A stretch of DNA of 64,000 nt, from positions 95,976,001 to 96,040,000 of the forward strand of contig OX597819.1 of assembly GCA_951406725.2 (NCBI GenBank). The letters run 5' to 3'. The notes under the pieces were generated by a model. That model saw only the letters and a program-made list of their open reading frames with translations, searched no databases and was not told the DNA's origin. Within the stretch, counting starts at the first letter, position 1. The number at the start of each line of letters is the position of its first letter. The translations under genes and the position numbers were made by a program. Positions 38,540 through 50,050 of the stretch are shown in pieces. This DNA is from Octopus vulgaris (lineage: Eukaryota).

Positions 38540-38800
38540 ATTGAAATAAACAATAAAAAAAGCACTGAAGCAACAGGTTTTAATAAATACTGTATTAGCT
38601 TAACACTTAAAGAAGGAAAGGAAAGTTTCCTAATATTTGGGACATTGGTCCTTCATGTGAAGTGAAGAGCATGGTAGAAAAGTGAAAGATAGAGGAGAAG
38701 TGGGTGAGTAAAAAAAATGGGCAAGAGGTTAGGAGCCAAGTGGGAATTTGGTTATAGGGGGTGTGTGGAGGTGGGGTTGAGGAGGAGTTTAGACAGGGGA
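38537..38800 (-). mobile_element. Second, older Penelope-type terminal fragment
   Basis: Minus CACATGA-a-GGAC-caat-GTCC-CAAATATT. Same downstream layout as the neighbour (pyrimidine tract, aatac, T-rich end into (TA)n). Confidence 0.5.
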
Positions 38801-39815
38801 AGAGGTGGATGTGCATATGCATGCACAGGTATGTATCAGTGTTTTGGGGGGGGTGAGCAGTAGTGTGTGAGATATTTTTAGACATGTGTGTGTGTGACAA
38901 AGATATATGTGCTGCTGTTACATAGAAGAAGGTATGAATATACGTACACACACACACACACATGCATATATACATAAAGATACATTTATACACACAAACA
39001 CATAAACAAATATATATCTCCTTTTTCTCAATCCTGTCACTAATCCCTTCTTTCTTTCTTGTTCCCTGTCATGCCCTCTATCCTCTCCTCTTATTTACCA
39101 TCCTTTATTTCTCTGCCTAGGACCATCATATATCTGCTTCTTCTGCTCTCCTTCAGTAACGGGGGCCAATTTAGGCCAGAAACTTTGCAAGTTACAAAGT
39201 AATTATTCCCATTGCTGATGCAAAAAAAAAAAAATAGCATTCAGTACACTGTATGAAATGGTTGGAATTAGGAAAGGCATTCAGTTATAGAAATGGTGTC
39301 AAAGTAGGTATTGGTGCATGATGTGATCTTCCAAGTAATCAGACCCTGTCAAACCATCGAATCCACATCAACATGGAAGTCAGATATTAAATGATGATCA
39401 TGATGATGATATACAATATTCCAGTAAGAATAGTGTGCTATTTCCTGCAGAAGATTGGTTTAGAATTCAAACAAGAAAGCCATTAAAGAAAAAGTCATGG
39501 CATCTGAGACTAGTTCAAGAGGGATGTGGATAACAAGAGACTGCAAATGGAACTCTTCTGTAGGTGAAGACTAATTCAGTCCTTGCTGCACCACTCAGAT
39601 GGACTGCACAAGTAAAGGGAAGAAATGCTTGTGACCTTGAGATACTTGCTAAAAATATAGAGGGGTTGCCAACATCGTGATAGCTTTTGTCCTCACCAGG
39701 AGAAGAGCTTGCAATATCTCAAGTAGTTCCTGAAATTTCTGTCCGATGTTTATTTCACCTTTACACATATATGAATACATGTATGTATGTGTGTACACAC
39801 ATAATAAACATATAC

Positions 39816-40258
39816 TACGTGCCACAGCACTATCCGACTCGTGGCCGTGGCACGTAAAATACTCCAATGCGACCGTACGACAGGCACCCTTGCCAACCCC
39901 CTTTGCTTGTGAAGACATGTTGGGGCAAGCGAAATCGAAATCGAATTGAACCAGCCAGGATCCCTGGTCTGGTGGTACGTAAAAAGCACTATCCGACTCG
40001 TGGCCGATGCCAGCACCGCCTCGACTGGCTTCCGTGCCGGTGGCACATAAAATACACCAATCTGACCGTGGCCGTTGCCAGCCCCGCCTGGCACCTGTGC
40101 AGGTGGCACGTAAAAAGCACCCACTACACTCACGGAGTGGTTGGCGTTAGGAAGGGCATCCAGCTGTAGAAACATTGCCAAATTTAGACTGGAGCCTGGT
40201 GCAGCCTTCTGGCTTCCCAGAACCCCGGTCGAACCGTCCAACCCATGCTAGCATGGAG
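39816..40258 (+). mobile_element. Young CpG-rich SINE-type element with repeated gtggcacgtaaaaagcac units
   Basis: High GC, retained CpGs; same tail as 44115-44370. Confidence 0.88.
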
Positions 40259-40383
40259 TATGTGTGTACACACATAATAAACATATACATACATACATAC
40301 ATACATAAACATAGGCACATATTCATAAACATATGTACACATAAATATACATATATATATATATGTGTGTTACATATATAAAC

Positions 40384-40422
<39 letters not shown>

Positions 40423-41728
40423 GATGATGGTGACAGCTTGTCCATGAAATTTGAGGACAATCTAGTATCTGCAATAAGCAGATACAAGACCAGCACAAAG
40501 CTAAGACAACTGAGCATATATAAAAATGCAGGAGATTGCTAAAATGATTCAAAAGATCCCTAGACCTCACTATATCATTTAACTTGGTGTGTGACTTAAA
40601 CCATAGCACATCATACCAGATAATAACCCAGTACCATGGCTTTTAGTCCAGTATGATAGTATACTGGAACCAACATTTGCTGTCTCCATTGGCCCTGCAG
40701 CTGCCATAATCAAAGTTGTGGAGGTGAAAGTTATTGATTTCTTCCATTTCTCATTTAAATGAAATGTGAACATGCCACTAAATGAACACACATATACATG
40801 CATATAAGTATGTGTACACACACACACACACACACATACATACCACACACACCATGTGGTAGACCTTCCTGTTGTATATGACAGATGAAGGCTCCATAAC
40901 TTCTTGCTGAACAACCTGCACTGATGATTTGTTTATAGTGATCAAATGTATATGCTCACATTAGCTCACTCCCTCCATCAAAAGGACCTTGCCTGTAGAG
41001 GTGCATGGTGTGCCACATATCAAATGCTGAAGTCATTGCAGAGCAACATGAGATGAAATGACTTGTTCAAGAACACACCGCACTGCCTCATATTGGAATC
41101 AAAACCACATTCTTGTAGTCATGAGTACAATACTCTAACCACTAGGTCATATGCTTTCACACACACACACTGACATGCAGGTATATATGTGTGCACACAT
41201 GTGCACATATAAGTGGATGCTAGAATGGCTGAGTGGTAAAAAAGTTCACGGCTCAGTTATGAAGATCTGGGTTCAATCTCACTGTGTGCCATCTCAAGGA
41301 AGTGTCCGAGCCATGGCCTTGAATTAACTCAAACCTTGTGAGTGAAAGTGGGGAGACAGAAACTGCACAGCAGTTCAGTCTTATAACCCATTGGGTTCAG
41401 ATATAATCCTTTATAACAAGACACCTATTTTTGTCCCTTTATCAACTTAAGCCTCTCAACAACTGGCACGAAGCCACCACCTTCATTATTTTACTCTCAC
41501 ACAATTGAGTTATGTTTTTTGTTGTGTGAATTATATGATGTCCTCACTTGTGCCATGGAAAAAGAGCCTAGTACACTTTTTTAAGTGGTTGGCATTAAAA
41601 AGGCATCCAGCAATAGAAACCATGTCAAAGCAGACACTGGAGCTTGATGCAGTCCTACAACTAGTCAGATGCTGTTGGACAATCCAGCCTCTGATTACAT
41701 GGATGATGAACTTTAAATGATGAAGATG

Positions 41729-41767
<39 letters not shown>

Positions 41768-43017
41768 TCTCTGAAACTTTAAACACATGCCCAATATTAG
41801 TACCTAAACCTCATCGCCACGTTATTTTATAAGATCATCCTTAATTGTTTTTAATTAGGGCACAAGGCCAGCAATTTTGAGTGGAGGGGGTTAGTCAAAT
41901 CTACCCCAGTAACTGATAGGTACTTTATGTTACTGACCCTGGAGGGATGAAAGGCAAAGTTGACCTTGGCAATATTTGAACTCAGAATGCAAAGGGTTGG
42001 AATGTTTGAAAGATCACCAATAGCAACAACAATAACAACAACAATGGTGATAGTGTAAAAAAATGTTTATATGAAATAAAAATATTTTAGTTGTGTGTTC
42101 ATATGTGTGTGTATGTGTCTATGTGAATGTGCAAATATATGTCTATTTATGTGTGTGTGCGTGCGTGTGTATGTGTGTGTGAATGTATGTGCATGAGTGA
42201 AAGACGAAGTAGAGAAAGTGAAAGTTATAAAAAAGGAACAGTGCAACAATTATTTTGAGTCTACAATGGAACTTCATTTAACTGCAATTGTGCAGTCATA
42301 AAGATGTGCATCTGAGTGTAAACATTTAATTGCTATTGTGCAAACAGAATTCTCAGCTCTATAGTAAAAAATGTCATTGTTCTTTTCAGCTACCAACTGG
42401 TGCACGCTGACGTTTAAAGAGAACATGCTGTTTTTCAGGCTATCAATGTTTTACTGAATAATAATAACGATAATGACGATGACGGCAGTGACGATGAAGA
42501 CAAAAGTTTAATTAATTAGAGAGAGCTGTCTAAATATAGTTGTCATCTAGAGTCAAAAGAAGGAGTCAACAAGCTAGTAGCTATTCCATATTGTTATTGT
42601 GGTTCAAGTAATTTCTGACCTCTGGTTTATATATAGTTGACACATGTAATATAGTATACATAACTTTGACTCTTTGACATTACAGAAATAGGAACTAGAG
42701 ACTTGTTCATACATAAACTATTGCTATATGACACAGTCTATTGTTGATGTTATGTCGATTGGTGAGTAAATGTATTCAAGCTGTGGCCAAAGCATATTTT
42801 TGTTTTTCAGTTTAGAGAGTTAGAGTGTATTCAAGACTAATGTGTCTTTCTCTTTTAAAGATGGCAGGCTGTGATTTGAGTGAGATTTGGTGGCTGAGTA
42901 CTTATGTAGAGAAACTTATTTTGGCATGTATACATCTTAGCAATTGCTAAATCTAAGATCAATCCTTAACAAGAAGACACATCATCATCATAGGCTTCTA
43001 ATACGTTCTTTCCTTAT

Positions 43018-43240
43018 TTAACCATTTAGTATTCAGGTTATTCTGTCAAAGGTCATGGTTATTTATTTACATCGTTTTGAATTAATCTTGTATTATCTCA
43101 CAGAATCAAGACCTCTATGATGTGATTGTTTAGAATGACATGGTAGGGTTGGTATGAGAAGCAAGATATGGTTACTTTTAACATAAAATTAGAGAAATAT
43201 TTGGGCTGGATATGACTATTTTAAATGCTAAAAAGGGTAA
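43018..43240. mobile_element. piggyBac-like MITE
   Basis: Ends ttaaccatttagtatt / aatgctaaaaagggtaaa (TTAA-CC...GG-T(T)AA); partial inverted copy at 13326. Confidence 0.6.
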
Positions 43241-44114
43241 AACTAAAATAATAGGGTGTAATTTGGAGAGGGAGGTTGGCTACTGTTTCTAGCAAAAAGA
43301 GTGATCACATAAAGATTTGTGATAATATTTTTAGGTTAGTTTTTTTTCTTAAATATTTAAGTAGATGAGAAAAAATCTGTGTTCTCTCAGAACAGTAGGG
43401 TAGAATATGTGCTTGATGTTTGGTTTATTTAAACTCCTGCAGACTGGTACTTTCAGGTGAACTACAATGTGGAAGGCTCATAGTTCATGGTGGGAAGAAT
43501 TGTCCAAGGTGTTTCAGCCGAATGACCTTCTTTTGGCTGATGACGACAATGCTTGTATGTTTAGCAGAAATACTGTCCATAATTTGTGAGCCATACAAGA
43601 ATGTGGGTAACACAAGTTTTGCAGAGGAGCCACAACTGAAGTAAATTATAAAATCACAGGGAAAACCTCATCTGTGTGAATCAGTTTTGGTAATATGAGT
43701 TCACTATGAGGAATCACCTGATACTGTGAGATAAATGACTTTCATATTGTTAATGAGAAGAAAATGTGAGGAACAATGACAGCTGTATGTAACTGATATA
43801 AGATTTTTACTACTGAAGGAGTGGTTGTCATGTCCCCAGTGAAATATAGAGAGCATGTGGGTTTGGTGAGGTGTTTAGGTGTCATGTGAAAGACATTTAT
43901 GTGCAGTGGAATGTAAAAAAGAAGGAACCATAAATTCAAGAGTATTAACTGGGATCTACTGTGGACATGATGTGGTGGTGGTGGTCTGAGAAAGAAGTGG
44001 TGCATGGAGAATGAGGTGTTACATGGAAAGAGGAGTGTCGCATGGATATATAATGTACGTGTATATAATATACACATGTATACACACACACATATGTACA
44101 TTAATATACATACA

Positions 44115-44370
44115 CGGCACCTGTGTCGGTGGCACATAAAAAACACCATCCGAGCGTGGCTGTTCACCAGCCTCGTCTGGCACCTGTGTCGGTGGCACAT
44201 AAAATCACCCACTACACTCTCGGAGTGGTTGGCGTTAGGAAGGGCATCCAGCTGTAGAAACACTGCCAGATCTGACTGGCCTGGTGCAGCCTTCGGGCTC
44301 CCCAGACCCCAGTTGAACCGCCCAACCCATGCTAGCATGGAAAACGGATGTTAAATGATGATGATGATGA
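44115..44370 (+). mobile_element. Young SINE-type element
   Basis: Two ggcacctgtgtcggtggcacataaaa units, a conserved tail and (GAT)n. Confidence 0.88.
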
Positions 44371-44414
44371 TATATGCACACACATATTTACATGCATATA
44401 TGTACACACACATG

Positions 44415-44439
44415 GAGAGAGAGAAAGAGAGAAAAAGGG

Positions 44440-44492
<53 letters not shown>
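44415..44492. repeat. (GA)n microsatellite
   Basis: Directly visible. Confidence 0.95.
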
Positions 44493-44494
<2 letters not shown>

Positions 44495-44824
44495 TGAGTG
44501 TCACAAAGCCATAATAGGACTGTCATTCAGAAGAACACATGGTGAGATTCTGTGAATTGTAGAAACATGGCCTAGTTGTCATGCTGCTTGCAATTAATAG
44601 TGTATGTTAATCAGACTCCAGTAAATAGGATTTTATTTAAAAAAAAAAAAAAAAAAAAAATAATGAATTGAAAACTTATTACTGCAAATGTGGATCGAAA
44701 GTCATAAACAGTTCATCTATAATTAATCAATATATATTTCTATTCAGACAATTTTGTGTGGCAAATTACTAAAACCTAACCTGGCAAATATTTACACATA
44801 ATTGTATAAACATAAACACACATA

Positions 44825-44840
44825 CGTGTGTGTATGTATG

Positions 44841-44872
<32 letters not shown>

Positions 44873-45096
44873 CATGTATATATATGTATGTGTATATATA
44901 TATATATATATGTATGTGTGTATATATATATGTATATATGTATGTGTGTATATATATGTATATATATGTGTATATATATATATGTGTGTGTGTATATGTA
45001 CATATATATATATGTGTGTGTATATATATATATATATATGCAAATACATATATATAGACACACATATATATATGTATATATGTGTGTATATATATA
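44825..45096. repeat. Compound (TA)/(TG) microsatellite
   Basis: Directly visible. Confidence 0.95.
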
Positions 45097-45313
45097 GTTA
45101 AAAGAAGAAAAGAGAATGGAAATAAGGAATTTAACGATTATTATCAACAAGTTGGTCTTCTCTTTTTACAGACATTTCAATTGATACTCAATAATTTAAA
45201 TTACAAATTCAAATTATTGAGTATTAAATGAAATGGCTGTAAGAAACGAAGACGATCAGTTTGTTACTAATAAATAATTGCTAACTTCCTTATTTCTATC
45301 TGCTTCTTTTAAC
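45097..45313. repeat. Imperfect ~100-bp-arm palindrome (foldback/MITE-like)
   Basis: gttaaaagaag..gaaataaggaa..cttctc..ttacag.catttca.tt.atactcaataattt versus its reverse complement on the right. Confidence 0.85.
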
Positions 45314-46030
45314 CGGATATAAACTATGATGATGATGCTTAATATATGCCTATTGTTTTAAGTGAATTTCATTCCTCAACAGTACTAGGTATTGAACCAA
45401 TATTTTCTTGGTTGCAACCATCCCTTAATGAGGTTAACATATTCCCTAATAAATATATATATATATATATATATGTATGTATATATAAAGAGAGAAAGTG
45501 GAAGTTAAAGTTAGTTTTCTATCTTTCTCTTTCTATATGTATGTATATTTATGTACAAATATATATAAAAGTAGTCAAACATGAAATTAAAGTATCATGC
45601 AATACTTTTCATAGGGTACCACACTTATTTATTTTTACAAAGTAAAGGTTGATAATGACTTAGAATTGTTGGCTTACTTGCTGTCACCAGACAGTCCATT
45701 GATGGCAGGTAAGCTCAAATTTCAATGTTACTGCCAACCTTTGCCTTGTGTGTGTGTGTGTGAGATATATGCATGTGTAAGTATATATATATATATATGT
45801 GAAATAGAAAGATATAATAATCTTGTAGTAGAGTAATCAAAAGTTTAACCGATACCTTAGTAGCAAAATTACAGCAGTAAACAGCACTCTGACACACACA
45901 CCATATATATGTATATATGAGTGTGTGTGTGTATATATGTATACACAAACATATATATATAATTGAAGAAATATATATATACACGTAAAGGCATATATTG
46001 AATAATGGGACCATATTGTGTCTTTCTCTT

Positions 46031-46138
46031 CAGGAAGAAAATAGGAAATCCGTTGAAAAACAAAAACAGAACAGATTTGTTTTTGCTCCGCCTCTGTTCT
46101 GTTTTTGTTTTTCCAACGGATTTCCTATTTTCTTCCTG
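46031..46138. repeat. Near-perfect 45-bp inverted repeat, 17-nt loop
   Basis: caggaagaaaataggaaatccgttgaaaaacaaaaacagaacaga / tctgttctgtttttgtttttccaacggatttcctattttcttcctg. Confidence 0.95.
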
Positions 46139-46160
46139 TCCATTTCTTCAATTCACCAAT

Positions 46161-46199
<39 letters not shown>

Positions 46200-46315
46200 A
46201 TAATAAACTTATTGTATACAGTGCTCAGGTACACTACAACAAAACATTAAGACCCTCTGACACACACACACATATATATATATGAGTGTGTGTGTGTATA
46301 TATGTATACACAAAC

Positions 46316-46346
<31 letters not shown>

Positions 46347-46384
46347 CACACACACACACAAATCTATAAAAATACATATGCTTG

Positions 46385-47228
46385 TATATCAACATCACTA
46401 CTATTTTAATGTCCACTTATCCATGCTTGCATTGATCAGATGGAGTTTACTGAGGTACAATTTCTAGAGCCAGATGCCTTTCCTGTTGCCAACCCTCACC
46501 TGTTTCCAAGCAAGATATAATTTCCCCATGATCAGACCTGTTTTTGAAGAATATTGCAAATGAATAACACAGTTTGTATGACAATGGCACTTGTTCACAA
46601 GTGTCACATGATGCCATAAGACAAGCTAACACAAACACACATAAATGACAGGCTTCTTTCATTTTCCATCAAACAAATCCACTTACAAGGCTTACATTTG
46701 CCTGGGGCTACAGCAGAAGACACTTGTCCAAATACTACACAGTGAGACTGAACCCCAAAACACGATTGGGAAGCAAACTTAACCAAACAGTGAGTGTGTG
46801 TGTGTGTGTGTGTGTATATATATCATCCGTGTTTTAATATTCTGTTTGCCATGTTTGCATAGGTCTGATGATACTCTTTGAAGTAGATTTTCTTTTGTTG
46901 GATGTCCTTCCTGTTGCAAAGCCTTCCCTGTTGCAAAGCCTTCCCTGTTTCCAAACAAGGTAAAAATTAAAAAATTTTTCCATACCCGGGCGTGTTTCTC
47001 ACAGAAGATGATTGCAAATGAATAACACAGTTTGTATGACAATGGCACTTGTTCACAAGTGTCACATGATGCCATGACAAGCTAACACAAACACACACAC
47101 AATGGGCTTCTTTCAGTTTCTGTCTACCAAATCTGCTCACAAGGTTTTGGTTGGAGAAGACACTTGTCCAAATACTACACAGTGAGACTGAACCCCAAAA
47201 CACGATTGGGAAGCAAAGTATTTAACCA
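46385..47228 (-). mobile_element. Two tandem composite SINE copies (~440-460-bp period)
   Basis: Same module order twice; the supplied ORFs 46447/46779 and 46604/46967 share peptide stretches. Confidence 0.85.
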
Positions 47229-47599
47229 AAAAGAAAGAAAAAAAAAAGGCACAGGCATGGCTGTGTGGTTGCATATATTAATGCATATATACACAAATAC
47301 TTACATGCACATACATATATACATAGGTGCATTGCATCTGTGTTTATTGATCTACATTTATACACACCTATATATATATATATATATATATAGTTGAAAT
47401 TTACAGAAAAACAAAAGGTGAAGACAGGTGTATAAACAACAAGCAGGTGTATTAGTTTGATGCTCAACCTTTGAAGGCAAGAAGTCCTTCGTGGTGTGGG
47501 ATCACCATATATAGACTCTTGATATCAAGAGTGATGAAAAGTTTAGAGGGGCCAGGAGGGAAGGAGAAAGAGTTGAAAAGGTAAAGAGCATAGTTAGTA

Positions 47600-50050
47600 T
47601 TGTGGATGTGTGAGGAGAGAGAAGCCACTAGGGAGCAAGGACATGGTCAAAGTAATTAGAGATCAGGTCTATGGAAATTGGTAGAGACAAATGGTTGTAA
47701 AAACCAAGTCATTTCCAAGTGAAGATTGCGTGACCCTTCATATGTCACCGATTAATGATTTCAGAATCAGAGTCAGATGGACTGAGAGACAAAAGATAGT
47801 CTGCAGGTGGATGGTGTGGAAGCTGAAAGATCCCTTAGCTAAATATATGTATGGAGCAATACTAGATGATGCTTATGATGAAGAGGAGGAGATGATAGAG
47901 CCCAATAATTTAGAGGATAACCAGAAATGTCTACATGATAACTTGCTGAAAGTTATGAATCAGATTTACAGCTAGAGCAAAGCATGAGCTAAATCAGGGG
48001 TTTCTTAGCCACTTTGATTACTGTTTTCTCTTGGTGGACCTCCAAAAATATTTGATGTTTAAAAACTAGCTTTATAGAAACTTCTTTCAAAATTCCTATT
48101 TTGTTTTTCACATACGAACTTGTGTACACTGAACTATGTAAAATATTAGAGAAAGAAACTTCACCGTTTCTTGAAATATATACCAAAACATACATCTAAA
48201 ACAAACTTTTTTCAAGGGTCCTAGAATACTATTGTGGATCCCCAATTTACTATTATGTTGAGCCCCACACCACTCCACAATCGTATATGGACCCTGTTTG
48301 AGAACCACTGAACTAAATAAAACAATATATGGTGGCGGAATACCAGTGTAGATAGAGCCATAAAAACTAAAGCCAGTCTGGAAAGAATGGAAGAAAAGGG
48401 ACAATTAAGAGGAATACCATATAGCTAAAAGAGAAGCTGAAAGGAAGAGGTTTGGTGCTATTCGGAGCTGGGAGAAACTTGCCATTAAATGTTTCAAATT
48501 GCAAGGTAGTGCATCAAAATTGTTTGGGGCAGGGGGGGGAGGAGTGTGTGTTTGAAATGTTAAGAAGAAAGAAGCCTGGAGATTCTGTAATGAGAGATTG
48601 CTGAAGGCGAACAATGTGTAGAAAGAAGAGGATCTTCTTGAAGTTTACCCAACTGAGGGACCAGTTATTCAGGTACAGAATTATATGGTCAAAATGGCTA
48701 GTGAGGACAGGAAGTTGAAGTAAGCAATTTATCCATTTGGTATTGTTGTTGAAATGATGCTGGAAATAGTTGTCAGAATAGAGCTCAATCTACTCACCCA
48801 TGTAGTCAGTCAAGATATACAGGGAGGTATCATACCTAATAATTGGAGCAATGTAATCATCAACTGCTGCAAGGACAGAGACAATGCTCTAGAAAGAAAC
48901 AGCTAAAGAGGTATCAAACTGATTAACCAAAATATGAAAGTAGCAGAAAGAGTCATAGCACAATTGATTAGGAAAAAATCCACTCAGATAAGATCCAGTT
49001 TAAGGTTGTCCAGAGTGAGAGTACTAATGGAGCTGTCTTCATCATTCATAGCCAAGAGTAAGTCTCACTCTTATGTATTTGTTGATTCAGAGAAGGCTTT
49101 TGACAGAGTACCACAATTTATTGTCTGGTGATCACTAAGAAAACTAGGAGTTGAAGAATGGCCGGTGATAAATGTCAGTGAAGAATTTGGAGTGCAAACA
49201 GGTTTCCACCAGGTTTCAACTCTTAGACCCCTCCTATTTATAATAGTCTTCCAGGCCTTAACAAAGGAATTTAAGACTGACTGGTAATGGGAGCTCCTAT
49301 ATACTGATGACCTAGCAGAGGCTGTTAAAAATTTAGAGAAAATTTCCAGGCATGGAGATGCCCTGAGAATGAACAAGGTGAAGTCTATGATTTTAGTTAA
49401 ATAGGATAGAAGACAGGTCTCTGATACCATCAGGGAAATAGCTTTACTCAATGTGCACAAAAGCAGTAGGTAGATATCCCATACAGTGCATCCTATGTAA
49501 TTTAGAGTTGTCGGGGAATCAAAGGTAGACTGACAATGAATAAAGGTTTTGTCTGCAGTAGATGCACAGGAGTAATGAGTCCTCGGAGCACCAGTAAAGT
49601 AAATTTCTTGCAATGCTCAGAGGGCCCTATAGAAGTAGTTTATAGCTTCTGTTACCTAGGTGACCTAATCAGTAGTGGGGGAGAGCGTACTGAAATTGTA
49701 GTGACCAGAATTAGAATGAAGTGGAAAAGGTTAAAGGAGCTACTACCTTTGCTGACAAGAGGATTGTCTCTCCTAGTGAAGGATAGATTGTATGATGCAC
49801 GTGTACAAACTGTGATGATGCATAGGAGTGAGATGTGGGCACTGAATGCAAAAACTGGAAAGAAATAAGGTCAGCATGATCTGTTGGATGTGTGATGTTA
49901 CTGTGCTGAATGACAAAATATAGAGAAGTTGAGAGAAAAGCTGAATATATGAGGAATAAGCTGTAGTGTGCAAGAGTGATAGTTGAACTGGTATGGACAT
50001 GTGATGCATACAGAAGATGTTAGGCAAGTGAAGAAATACACAGGAGATTC
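47600..50050 (+). mobile_element. Longest RTE-type LINE remnant (endonuclease end, RT, C-terminus), multiply disrupted
   Basis: VVKTKSFPSEDCVTLH, MKVAERVIAQLIR, FVDSEKAFDRVP, ELLYTDDL, FCYLGDLISSGG, KDRLYDARVQTVMMHRSEMWAL. Confidence 0.9.
47995..48310. mobile_element. hAT (Charlie-like) MITE, copy 2
   Basis: CAGGGGTTTCTTAGCC / GTTTGAGAACCACTG; TSD agctaaat / aactaaat; interior matches 21203-21536. Confidence 0.88.

Noticed and set aside
39750-40241. 163-aa and 198-aa (43742-44338) ORFs sharing FLQLDALPNANHS
   Set aside because: Antisense read-through of the same SINE tail, not a protein family.
49071-49613. 180-aa minus-strand ORF
   Set aside because: Antisense to the RTE reverse-transcriptase remnant.
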